From Candidatus Dojkabacteria bacterium (lineage in GTDB: Bacteria; Patescibacteriota; Dojkabacteria; GCA-002793355): a DNA stretch of 64,000 nt. This document shows positions 18,889 through 28,093 of this stretch, piece after piece (position 1 is the stretch's first letter; the number at the start of each line of letters is the position of its first letter). The notes below the pieces were generated by a model. The model did not search any database, was not told the origin of the DNA, and was given only the letters and a program-made list of their open reading frames with translations. The position numbers and the translations under genes are program-made. The stretch is from contig CP129477.1 of assembly GCA_030583825.1 (NCBI GenBank), positions 960,221 through 1,024,220 of the forward strand, written 5' to 3'.

Positions 18889-19752
18889 ATGAAACTATTT
18901 AACAAACAGCTTCCAGTGCTTGTAGCATTTGGAATTGCATTTGCCGTTGTTGGTGCCGCAGGAATGTGGCTATATCAGGATACAATTAGCCGCTTCTTCC
19001 GTGGAAACAATGAAGTCACTCAGCAGCAAGAGCAAAAGCCTCAGAATATCATAAATACATTGCCATCTAAAAGAATTGCGGTAATTGAATACCATGTTGT
19101 AAGAAATATTAGTAGTGACCAGAAAAGCGTGTATGACGATGTTACCGTACCGACAGACGCATTCTTTTACCAAATGGAATATCTTGCCAATAATGGATTT
19201 ACAACGCTTACCTTTCAGGATCTTGCGTATCACTTGGAAAAGAATATTCCTCTTCCCAAAAAGCCTGTGATTGTTACATTTAATGATGGCCATGTGACGG
19301 TATTGAATAACGCGCAATCAACATTAAAGAAATTTAATCAAAAAGCTGTTGTTTTTATGGTAACGAATTATATTGGCCAATCCGGATATCTTTCTGAAAC
19401 CGCAATTACTGACTTAATTCGTGCAGGAAATATTGAAATTGCCTCGCATACCGTGAGTAAGGTTAAATTGGCAGATGTCCCAAGAGAAGATATGGAAAAA
19501 GAGCTTCGCTTAAGTAAGCTAGCATTAGAAACGAAGTTCCCTATAAAAGTAACGACATTTGCCTACCCTTTTGATAATTACAGTGATGGCGTTGCGCGAT
19601 TTGCCCAAATGACCGGATATTCTTTTGGAGTACTCACCGATGAGAAGCTTGCTGTATTCCCACCTGAGTTGCCAATGAAAGTTTCGAGAATGCGTGTTAC
19701 AAAAGAAATGTCTCTTAACGACTTTGGAGCAATGCTCGAAACGCTCAAATAA
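18889..19752 (+). CDS. Membrane-anchored polysaccharide deacetylase-like protein (NodB homology domain, variant motifs)
   Basis: N-terminal TM helix. TFNDGH replaces the canonical TFDDG. Overall CE4-like layout, but the second His-His motif is not evident. Confidence 0.5.
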   Translation: MKLFNKQLPVLVAFGIAFAVVGAAGMWLYQDTISRFFRGNNEVTQQQEQKPQNIINTLPSKRIAVIEYHVVRNISSDQKSVYDDVTVPTDAFFYQMEYLANNGFTTLTFQDLAYHLEKNIPLPKKPVIVTFNDGHVTVLNNAQSTLKKFNQKAVVFMVTNYIGQSGYLSETAITDLIRAGNIEIASHTVSKVKLADVPREDMEKELRLSKLALETKFPIKVTTFAYPFDNYSDGVARFAQMTGYSFGVLTDEKLAVFPPELPMKVSRMRVTKEMSLNDFGAMLETLK

Positions 19753-19769
19753 TAAAAGGAATAAGGCAT

Positions 19770-20243
19770 TTAGGCTCCTGCCTCTTGCTTTACGCGTTCG
19801 AAAACTTCCTGACCGTGGCCTTTGGGATTCACATTTTCCCAAATATGAACGACTTTTCCTTCAGGATCAACAAGGTATGTTGTACGAAGTGTTCCCATAT
19901 AGGTTCGTCCCATAAACTTCTTTTCCGCCCAGATTCCAAATGCCTGTTGCAATTGCGTACTTTCATCTGAGAGTAAAGGAAACGGGAGATTATATTTCTC
20001 TTTAAACTTTAGGTGTGATTTGATTTTATCTTTGCTGATACCGACAATCGTTGCACCAAGCTTTGTAATATCTTTATTAAAATCGCGTAATTCACACGCT
20101 TCTGTTGTACAGCCAGGGGTATCGTCTTTGGGATAAAAATACAATACGAGATACTTTCCTAGAAATTCCTTAAGTGTTACTTTATCTTCTTTTTCATTTA
20201 AAACCTCGATATTTAAGGGTATTGTCTCTCCAACTTTAATCAT
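19770..20243 (-). CDS. bcp: Peroxiredoxin Bcp (thiol peroxidase, AhpC/TSA family)
   Basis: FYPKDDTPGCTTEAC motif with the CxxxxC arrangement typical of Bcp. Length 157 aa. Confidence 0.85.
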   Translation of the reverse strand: MIKVGETIPLNIEVLNEKEDKVTLKEFLGKYLVLYFYPKDDTPGCTTEACELRDFNKDITKLGATIVGISKDKIKSHLKFKEKYNLPFPLLSDESTQLQQAFGIWAEKKFMGRTYMGTLRTTYLVDPEGKVVHIWENVNPKGHGQEVFERVKQEAGA

Positions 20244-20306
20244 AATTCACGACATAAAATTTATTTACATGGCCTGTACTTTACTTTGCTATTTATTAGG
20301 CGTTTT

Positions 20307-21698
20307 TTACAAGGAAAACTCTTCTGTTTGGATCTGTTGTCTTCTCACTCCTTGGGACTTAAGAAGCTGTTTCATCGCCTTAATAAAGCCTTTTGGCCCA
20401 CAAATGTAATATTGGTACCCACCCAAACTTTTCTTCAGATACTTTCTTAGCATTTTTTCATCAATTCTGCCCTCTTCACAATGTTTTTCATCGCACTTCT
20501 CTTTTGTGATTGCAAAGACAATGTCGGCATCTTTTGTACCTTTCTGCTGGGAAGATTTAGCCTCATAAATACGCAGTAACTCCTCTCTAAATGGAGCATT
20601 TGTATATGTCTGTTCACTGTAGAAGAGTACTTTATCCTGCGCAACACGCTTCGACGTCTCAATAAATGGTGTAATGCCGATTCCTCCGGCTAAAAATACA
20701 ATAGGTGCATCTACTTCAAATGCAGGAGCTGTAAATACTCCGTATGGCCCATCCACAAATACTTTTTTGGGCGTTACAATTGTATCAAGCATTTTAGTGA
20801 ATTTCCCTTCTTTTTTAGGTGAAATCATAATTTGTGTACCAGAAACAATGTGCGACACAGTAAATGGGTGGCTTTCTCCTCCTCGGGATAGCTGAATATA
20901 AATAAATTGACCCGGAAATACATTTATTGGGCGTTCCAGCTCGATGGTGAATCGGTTTACTTCGGTGTTAAGGTGCTCTTTTTTGATGATAGTGCCCTTG
21001 CGTTTAAAGAATCCGAGATGATGCAATATACTCACTGCCACAATAATTGGGTAGATTGCTCCAAGCAGATACCAAAAGTATCGCAGATTTGTCGAAAGTA
21101 ATGTCGTTCCCACATTTAAACTATGCATATAGACGAGTGGAAATACTAAGTACGAAATAAAGTGAATACGTTTCCACCATCTGTAAGAGATATTTCTGCG
21201 AAACAATGCGCTGGTTATCCAAATAACGGCTACAATTGAAATAGCGATCTTTCCATACATAATATAAATGTCGTAGGGAGTCCATACTTCCGGTAAAACA
21301 AGCTGAAACCAATACGCTCCGTAGCTGATAAGCGCCATAAGCGGGTGGGCAAATACAAAAAGCATTCCCCAAATACCAATGTTTTGGTGCACCTTATTGA
21401 GCCAGACAAAATCATTTGTAAAGAACTTTGCAACAACGCGAACTCCCAAAACATATTGCCAAAATAGCATGATAAGGCCTAAAAGACCTGTGATACTCGC
21501 AAATGAGGCAAAGTAAAGCAATATCATGTCATTTAGTGCGGAGCTTTGCTCAAGTATTGGGATCGTCCAATACATAAATAATGGGACAATTGTTACGACG
21601 ATGCAAAGCACAAGAACAAGTTGCTTTATGTAGTTTTCCTGAATTCTTGACATAAATAATGCTGTCAAATTATGTATTTGCTCACGAGTCGGCAGCAA
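20307..21698 (-). CDS. NOX/ferric-reductase-family transmembrane flavocytochrome (bis-heme TM domain + FAD + NAD(P)H-binding FNR-like domain)
   Basis: The TM domain has His pairs spaced 13 and 12 residues apart (HQNIGIWGMLFVFAH; HFISYLVFPLVYMH) as in NOX/FRE. FAD motif HPFTVS, NAD motif GGIGITPF, and a C-terminal YICGP. Confidence 0.75.
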   Translation of the reverse strand: MLPTREQIHNLTALFMSRIQENYIKQLVLVLCIVVTIVPLFMYWTIPILEQSSALNDMILLYFASFASITGLLGLIMLFWQYVLGVRVVAKFFTNDFVWLNKVHQNIGIWGMLFVFAHPLMALISYGAYWFQLVLPEVWTPYDIYIMYGKIAISIVAVIWITSALFRRNISYRWWKRIHFISYLVFPLVYMHSLNVGTTLLSTNLRYFWYLLGAIYPIIVAVSILHHLGFFKRKGTIIKKEHLNTEVNRFTIELERPINVFPGQFIYIQLSRGGESHPFTVSHIVSGTQIMISPKKEGKFTKMLDTIVTPKKVFVDGPYGVFTAPAFEVDAPIVFLAGGIGITPFIETSKRVAQDKVLFYSEQTYTNAPFREELLRIYEAKSSQQKGTKDADIVFAITKEKCDEKHCEEGRIDEKMLRKYLKKSLGGYQYYICGPKGFIKAMKQLLKSQGVRRQQIQTEEFSL

Positions 21699-22578
21699 AA
21701 AGTATTCCCGGATAGCCTTCTGTTTGATATATCGTACCAGCTTCGGTAAATATAAGGTAGTTTACTTCACATACTTCTTGAATTCTATCCCAAAACACTG
21801 GAGGGGAAACAAAAAGAGCTGTGCTTGCTGTATCTGCAGATAATGCGTCTTTCCCATATGTAAATACCATTTTTATTGAAGTTACCGGTAGCTTTGATTT
21901 CTGATCAATTAAATGATGTAAGCTCTCTCCAGTATTTTTATCTTTCCATTGGCGGCGAGATGGCGATGAACACGCGATTGCGGCATGCTTTACTTGGATA
22001 GTTCCTATTACCTCTTCTTTGTCGCGAGGATTCTCAAGAAAAAACTCCCATGCTGTGCCATCTTTGTGCGTTGTTGCAAATATATCTCCGCCACCGTTTA
22101 CACAGAAAAAGTGAATATTCTTTTCTTTTAAATGACGCGCAAGTTTATCAATAAGCCAGCCTTTCCCAATCCCTCCGAGGTCAACACGTGCATCGTTACT
22201 TAGTTCTATTTTATCCTTGTCCAATCGGAGGATATATCCAGGCAAAACTTTGCCACTTTTTGTAAATGAATAATTTTCATCATAGCCAAGAGATGCGAGT
22301 GTTCCGCCAACTGCTGCTGAAAAATGTCCATCGGTAATATGGCTTATATTTGCTGAATATTGCAGCATATCATAAAGCTCTGGAGGAAAATCTTCCAAGT
22401 GCTTTTCCTGGTTTAGCCGGCCAATAAAGCTTTCAGGAATAAAGCGCGAATAGTCTTTTTCAAACTGCTTTGCAATTTGCTCAAGTTCTGTAAAAGCTTT
22501 TTGTTTATTAGTGGCGGAAATATCGTCTTCTATTGTGATCCACCAGTGTGTGCCAATTGCTTCAAACTCAAAGCTCAT
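21682..22578 (-). CDS. apbE: FAD:protein FMN transferase (ApbE family)
   Basis: DLGGIGKGWLIDK signature and ApbE-length protein. It is directly upstream of, and overlapping, the NOX-like gene. Confidence 0.85.
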   Translation of the reverse strand: MSFEFEAIGTHWWITIEDDISATNKQKAFTELEQIAKQFEKDYSRFIPESFIGRLNQEKHLEDFPPELYDMLQYSANISHITDGHFSAAVGGTLASLGYDENYSFTKSGKVLPGYILRLDKDKIELSNDARVDLGGIGKGWLIDKLARHLKEKNIHFFCVNGGGDIFATTHKDGTAWEFFLENPRDKEEVIGTIQVKHAAIACSSPSRRQWKDKNTGESLHHLIDQKSKLPVTSIKMVFTYGKDALSADTASTALFVSPPVFWDRIQEVCEVNYLIFTEAGTIYQTEGYPGILFAADS

Positions 22579-22582
22579 GCCT

Positions 22583-23080
22583 TTATAACGCCTGATCCAT
22601 AATTGATTTTAGTGCTGCAAGAAACCCAAATCCTGTCAGTGATGAGCCATTAACATTGCCAAGAGAGGTTATTTCTGTAATTTTTCGTCCATTAACACGT
22701 GACCCAATACCTTGAATAAACAATGATTGATACGTTTTACTCTTTGGATGATCTGCATTTCCAACAACTCTTGCCTGTGTTATGACATTATCCTGCAATG
22801 TCACTGTTACAGTAATTGTTTCTGATCCTGCTGGTGAATTATATCTTCCACTTGCAGTGTAGGTTCCATCTTTAAATGTTGTGCCTACAGGAACTGGGGT
22901 AACGGCAATTGTATTTTGTGGAATAATTTCTGACTCAGGAAATAGTCCATTCCCTGATGATTCTCTATTAAGAAACCCTGGGTTACCAATCATAAAGACG
23001 AGTCCGGTAATAACAATACATACGATGATAACGACTGCGGTTGTGATGATTGTTTTTTGTGACATGATATTTTCTTTCAC
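22583..23080 (-). CDS. Membrane-anchored FMN-binding domain protein (predicted ApbE flavinylation substrate)
   Basis: N-terminal TM helix and an FMN_bind-like fold. A candidate flavinylation site lies in NVNGSSLTGFG near the C-terminus, analogous to the [ST]GA[ST] motif. Confidence 0.6.
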   Translation of the reverse strand: MKENIMSQKTIITTAVVIIVCIVITGLVFMIGNPGFLNRESSGNGLFPESEIIPQNTIAVTPVPVGTTFKDGTYTASGRYNSPAGSETITVTVTLQDNVITQARVVGNADHPKSKTYQSLFIQGIGSRVNGRKITEITSLGNVNGSSLTGFGFLAALKSIMDQAL

Positions 23081-23199
23081 AGATTATCCTTTAGTATAGA
23101 GCAGCAATGTGAAACTAAATTGAAGCAACTATTATTTATTGTAACATGGGAACAAAGGAGAGAGCTAAAATGCCGAGTATTTCAACTCTCTCCATGAAA

Positions 23200-24360
23200 T
23201 CAGTTTTGTTGTGAGCGTGTGGGGATTATGCAAATGCCTGCGGCAATGAACATAACAATGCTCGAAGCTACCCAGAGATACGGGATATGCTCTGGCTGAA
23301 TGAATGTGAGTGTCGAAAGCATAAAGAGACCGATAGCCGCTCCAGCTTTATACACAGAGGATAAAATCGAATTCAGTGTTGACCGATACGCATTTGAGAA
23401 GCGTTCATTCAAATACGTGTCTACAAGCTGACTAATAACTCCACGACACACTTCGTGCGCAAGGAAAATCACGAATAGCACGAAAAAGGAGTCTGTTATA
23501 GCGCAAATCAGAACAAAGACTGCCATAGCGGCTGTTGTGAGTCCAATGTGTCGCAAGTCTGGGTGAAAATATCTCATTGCAAGAGATGGCCCCCACCCGG
23601 TTGTCAGCCCAATAAGCGTACTGTAAATGCCCAGCCACCAGATTGCCCCCGATTTTGCTTCAAAGTGAGCTGTCCAGTACATATTTAACGCTTGAAACGA
23701 TACTGCGATGAGGAACCATAACATAGCAACCTGCCATACCGACGCAATTTCAACTCGCAGTGTACGGCGTAGTGGTTGCTTCTTGTCAACGGACTCCTGA
23801 ATTAAGGGCAATACCTCTTTTTCGTTTGAGAATAGGTAAAGCCCAACGGCAAACGAGACGAAGCATGTTAACCCGGCAAGTAGGAATGGAACATTTAGTC
23901 CAAACGCACTGCCAATGAGTGAGCCTAAAGTTCGTGGAAGAATCGTTAGGAGTGCTAGTCTTCCCTTTGACCAGGCTTTAACTCGCGATGCTTCTTCATT
24001 CCCAAACGAATTGACCAACCATGATTCCAATGCCTGCGACATTAATGCGGAACCAATTGCTGCAATGCTTTCGCACATGATAAACCACAGGAATCCTTGA
24101 GGGAAACCATACAAAGTCATGCCGATTGCCATAACAAAGACACCTGCCAGATACACGCGAATGTGTCCGAACTTGTCACCAACCCATCCTGTAAATGGAT
24201 CAATGATAAAGTTGATACACATAAATGCTGTGTTCACTATTGCTGTTTGGCTGAGCGTGAGCCCAGAGGCAAGCAAATACAACACATAGGTGCTTGAAAA
24301 CCAAGCGTGCTCGGAATTTTCCAGCACTTTGATAATAAAGAACTTACGCTTGTGTGACAT
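23200..24360 (-). CDS. MFS transporter
   Basis: 12 predicted TM helices with a major-facilitator-like loop motif (GWVGDKFGHIRV). Confidence 0.75.
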   Translation of the reverse strand: MSHKRKFFIIKVLENSEHAWFSSTYVLYLLASGLTLSQTAIVNTAFMCINFIIDPFTGWVGDKFGHIRVYLAGVFVMAIGMTLYGFPQGFLWFIMCESIAAIGSALMSQALESWLVNSFGNEEASRVKAWSKGRLALLTILPRTLGSLIGSAFGLNVPFLLAGLTCFVSFAVGLYLFSNEKEVLPLIQESVDKKQPLRRTLRVEIASVWQVAMLWFLIAVSFQALNMYWTAHFEAKSGAIWWLGIYSTLIGLTTGWGPSLAMRYFHPDLRHIGLTTAAMAVFVLICAITDSFFVLFVIFLAHEVCRGVISQLVDTYLNERFSNAYRSTLNSILSSVYKAGAAIGLFMLSTLTFIQPEHIPYLWVASSIVMFIAAGICIIPTRSQQN

Positions 24361-24679
24361 GTGACACTTTCCTTTCGGTAGCTAAATTGTAAACGTTCTG
24401 CAATACGCAACTCGGCGAAGAAACTTCTTGCGTAACGCAGAGAAACCACCTGGAAAGAATTTTTACCTCATCTTGGTTGGAGGGTTTTAGTTGAAAATCG
24501 TTGGAAGAAGCTTGTCTGTATTATGCACGACTAATCAATAGTAATAACAGCCACAATACGATTGGCTGCTGGCCCCTGAAAAAGGGACTGGGTATTGTTA
24601 GTCATACATTTAAAATACATAGTGTTGAATTATATCCCATAGCTAGGATAAATACAAGAAAGTACGGCGCGCAAGTTGT

Positions 24680-25609
24680 ATGCATATTGCGGAATCATTA
24701 TTTATGGCTTACCATAAAAGCATGGAACTACGAATGCAGCAAAAGAAAAAGTCGGCAGATAGGCGAAAGTTACTATTTTTTGGAGTGATTGCCATCTTTG
24801 CTATTGTTACCGCAGGTATATTTATTACATCTCAAAAGAATAGTAATACTGGAACATCTGAGCCAACGCCAACTACTCTTCCCACGCCTACTCCAACAGA
24901 AGATCCATATATTACTCTGAATGAAACTCCACAAACAGAAGGAGGTCATTTCTTTGAAAAAACTCCAGTTATTGGAGGCCAACAGGCATATGTAGCGTAT
25001 CCTATGCGAGTGAATAAATACTCTCCGCCTCAAATTATTATTTATTCTCATGGATCAAATACAACCGTGACAACTGATTTTGATGATGAATTCATGCAAA
25101 ATATGCGTGGCTATGGAGATTTCTTCACAAAGGAGGGTTATGTATTTGCTGCATCAGCAATGCATGGAGCAAATTGGGGTAATCAAGCGTCGGTTGATGA
25201 CATGAAAAAGCTTGCTGACTGGATCTCAGAGCAATATTCGACTCAAGACAAAATAAACCTTTTAGCACATAGTATGGGCGGACTTTCGACATTAAAGTTT
25301 GGATTTCAGCATAGCAGTATTGTTAATAAAATTGCACTGTTAGCGCCTACGTCATATGCGAACACATACAAGCAGGCTGATTTTGATAAATTGACCACGA
25401 TTGATGTTATTATCTGGCACGGCGACAAAGATGTGAATGTGCCGTGGTCAATGAGTAATCAGTTGGTAAATCGGGCAAAAAGCCTAGGAAAAACAATAAC
25501 TTTTCATACCCTTTCCGGCAAGGGGCACTGGGATGTTGATACAGAATTAAAACAAGAAATTCTCGATTTTTATAGTGGTGTAGGAGACTCTATAGAATCT
25601 GCTGAGTAA
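24680..25609 (+). CDS. Membrane-anchored alpha/beta hydrolase (esterase/peptidase-like)
   Basis: N-terminal TM helix, a Pro/Thr-rich linker, a GxSxG nucleophile elbow (HSMGG), and a catalytic His near the C-terminus (GHWD). Confidence 0.6.
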   Translation: MHIAESLFMAYHKSMELRMQQKKKSADRRKLLFFGVIAIFAIVTAGIFITSQKNSNTGTSEPTPTTLPTPTPTEDPYITLNETPQTEGGHFFEKTPVIGGQQAYVAYPMRVNKYSPPQIIIYSHGSNTTVTTDFDDEFMQNMRGYGDFFTKEGYVFAASAMHGANWGNQASVDDMKKLADWISEQYSTQDKINLLAHSMGGLSTLKFGFQHSSIVNKIALLAPTSYANTYKQADFDKLTTIDVIIWHGDKDVNVPWSMSNQLVNRAKSLGKTITFHTLSGKGHWDVDTELKQEILDFYSGVGDSIESAE

Positions 25610-25611
25610 AA

Positions 25612-26790
25612 TCACTTTTTAGGAAAATATTCCCGTCCTTTGAGCTCTTCTGGGAAACATTCTTGATCAGATTTCTTATTCTCAAGGTCATGATCATACT
25701 CATACCCTTTCCCATATCCGAGATCTTTCATAAGCTTTGTCGGGGCATTACGGATATGCATTGGGACAGGCAAATTACCGTATTTTTGGATATCCTCGCG
25801 AACTAACGCTTCGGCAATATATGCACTATTGTCCTTTGGTGATTGTGCTAGATACTGAGTGAGCTGAATTAAAGGAACACGACACTCGGGCATACCAATT
25901 TTATGGCAGGTGTCGTATACAATATTCGCAAGCAGTAACGCATTCGGGTTTTTATTTCCAATGTCCTCGCTGGCAAATCTAATAAGACGGCGCGCGATAT
26001 ACAAGGGATCTTCGCCACCTTCGAGCATTCGTGCTACCCAGTACACTGCGGCCGAAGCATTGCTGCTTCGTAAACTTTTATGTACTGCAGATATTATATT
26101 GTAATGCTCTTCTCCTTGGCGGTCATATCGTAAATACGACTGTGCTCCTTGTTCAATATGTGTTTTTTCAATTGTTTTCTTTGAGATATTTGTGGCAATT
26201 TCAAGAGTATTCAAAGCAAATCGCATATCACCATTGCTTAACTCGGCAAGGTACTTAATTATTTCCTTATCCATCTTTCGTTCAGTAAATGGTAATGCCC
26301 GTTCTACAGCTCTTTGAATGTCATCTAGGGTATGAGATTCAAATACAAAAACTCTTGCACGTGAAAGTAATGGAGAAATTACTGTAAAGCTTGGGTTTTC
26401 GGTTGTTGCTCCAATAAGTGTTACTGTTCCGTTTTCTACATATGGCAACAATGCATCTTGCTGAGTTTTGCTCCAGCGATGGATTTCATCAACAAACAAA
26501 ATAGTATTTTTGCCATATTCTCTGTTTTTTGCAGCTAATGCAGTTACTTTCTTTAATTCTGCTTTTCCGTCTGATACTCCAGACAGCTGAAAGAAGTCTG
26601 CCTCTATTTCGTTAGCAATCAATAAAGCAAGTGTCGTTTTTCCTGTGCCAGGTGGCCCCCAAAATATCATGCTCGGCAAATGTTTTGCCTCAATAAGCTT
26701 GCGAATAGTTCCTTCTTCTCCGATAAGTGATGTCTGTCCAAGAAATTCAGAAAGTGTTTTTGGTCTTATTCTTGCTGCCAATGGCTCCAT
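25612..26790 (-). CDS. rarA: Replication-associated recombination protein A (RarA/MgsA AAA+ ATPase)
   Basis: Walker A WGPPGTGKTTLA, Walker B ILFVDEIHR, and the C-terminal MgsA helical domains. Confidence 0.9.
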   Translation of the reverse strand: MEPLAARIRPKTLSEFLGQTSLIGEEGTIRKLIEAKHLPSMIFWGPPGTGKTTLALLIANEIEADFFQLSGVSDGKAELKKVTALAAKNREYGKNTILFVDEIHRWSKTQQDALLPYVENGTVTLIGATTENPSFTVISPLLSRARVFVFESHTLDDIQRAVERALPFTERKMDKEIIKYLAELSNGDMRFALNTLEIATNISKKTIEKTHIEQGAQSYLRYDRQGEEHYNIISAVHKSLRSSNASAAVYWVARMLEGGEDPLYIARRLIRFASEDIGNKNPNALLLANIVYDTCHKIGMPECRVPLIQLTQYLAQSPKDNSAYIAEALVREDIQKYGNLPVPMHIRNAPTKLMKDLGYGKGYEYDHDLENKKSDQECFPEELKGREYFPKK

Positions 26791-26801
26791 ACAAGATTAT
26801 A

Positions 26802-28046
26802 CTACGCAACTGCAAGTGGGTATGCCCACGCAAAAAGATCGCGGACAAGTCTATTCTCCATAAACATTCTGTACGCTGTGTTGTAATGGTTCTTTATAGC
26901 GTATCGTATTCCAGGAATATGAAGCATTGCCATAGACTTCTTTTTAATGTGATGAATCGTACTAAATTTGAACTTCTTCGCATATCGTAGTGGTTTCAGG
27001 CGAGAAATATTCAAATTGTGCCATATACCCCTGGAGGTATACTCACTGCCCTTGATCATGGGGTTTACATTAAAATGCTCTGCTTCAGAAAGTTGCATAA
27101 CAAAATCGTTATACGAAAATTCTGAGTCATATCCAATCCCAATTTTATATGGCAATACGTAAATAGGCGTATTTAAGTTCATTGCTAGTTTTTGCACATA
27201 TCTATTCCCTTGTTTGCCGGTCGTGTTGGGAAATGAGTGGTTTTCAATAAGAATATAGTCCAAATGTGGTGCAAGTTGCCCAAGTGATGAACCATAAATA
27301 TATTCATTTTCTTTTTTGGGATCAAAAGTATTAACTCCAAATTGCATATTAATTGACTTAGCAACACCTTGGAGTTCACTGACAAATCCTGTTGTACTGT
27401 TTGTCCGAAATTTCAAATATTCAGCCGTAATATGAGGATCTTTTTCAAAATCTCTTGGAATTTCGTGCCCTGATGACTGCTTAAACTTTTGAGAGCATAT
27501 TTCACATGCACATCCGGCAAAAACAAATGGCTTATTGTTGTAGTATAAAGGCATGCCAAGTTGTCCCATTTGGATATTATCAATAAAAATTCCCGAAAAC
27601 CCTGAATCTTTCAAACTGAGAATTTTCTGTGCCGTAAAATCCCGATACTCTTGAGAATTTACGCACACAACATCTCTATTGCGATAATACGAAACGTTAC
27701 GATTATTATGATCCTTTGCATACCATTTCTTGTCTTCAAATCCCTCTCTTACGACATTAGGGCCTTGAATATACGCATGTACTTTTATTCCAAGTTTGTG
27801 AAAGTTTTTAAGTCTCGAAAGAATGAAAGAATAATCTTCTTTTTCTATATTTGGATGAAATCCCCATGAATAAGTTACCCAATAATCGGTAACTCCAAGA
27901 ATATCCTGTGTTCGTGCGATGTAGTCGTAGTCATACGACTCAAGGAGGCTTTGTTCATTAATTTTAGGGGAGAAGAATTTTGTATGGATCATTCGAATTG
28001 TTCCGGGGCCTGCCCAGCAGTAGTATCCTACTGACTTTTTCTGCAT
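26802..28046 (-). CDS. Hypothetical protein, putative TIM-barrel glycoside-hydrolase-like (GHL/GH114-like) enzyme
   Basis: Alternating beta/alpha pattern with conserved acidic residues (GIKVHAYIQGPN, GIFIDN). No confident family assignment is possible. Confidence 0.3.
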   Translation of the reverse strand: MQKKSVGYYCWAGPGTIRMIHTKFFSPKINEQSLLESYDYDYIARTQDILGVTDYWVTYSWGFHPNIEKEDYSFILSRLKNFHKLGIKVHAYIQGPNVVREGFEDKKWYAKDHNNRNVSYYRNRDVVCVNSQEYRDFTAQKILSLKDSGFSGIFIDNIQMGQLGMPLYYNNKPFVFAGCACEICSQKFKQSSGHEIPRDFEKDPHITAEYLKFRTNSTTGFVSELQGVAKSINMQFGVNTFDPKKENEYIYGSSLGQLAPHLDYILIENHSFPNTTGKQGNRYVQKLAMNLNTPIYVLPYKIGIGYDSEFSYNDFVMQLSEAEHFNVNPMIKGSEYTSRGIWHNLNISRLKPLRYAKKFKFSTIHHIKKKSMAMLHIPGIRYAIKNHYNTAYRMFMENRLVRDLFAWAYPLAVA

Positions 28047-28093
28047 GGGGGTATTATACTATTTTCTGTGAGCACGGTATAATTCAAGGACGT

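Noticed and set aside
24361-24679. Imperfect inverted repeat (CTGCAATACGCAA ... TTGCGTAACGCAG) in the 320-nt divergent intergenic region between the MFS transporter and the hydrolase gene
   Set aside because: It could be an operator, but the symmetry is imperfect and no adjacent regulator gene supports it. It is not reported as a feature.
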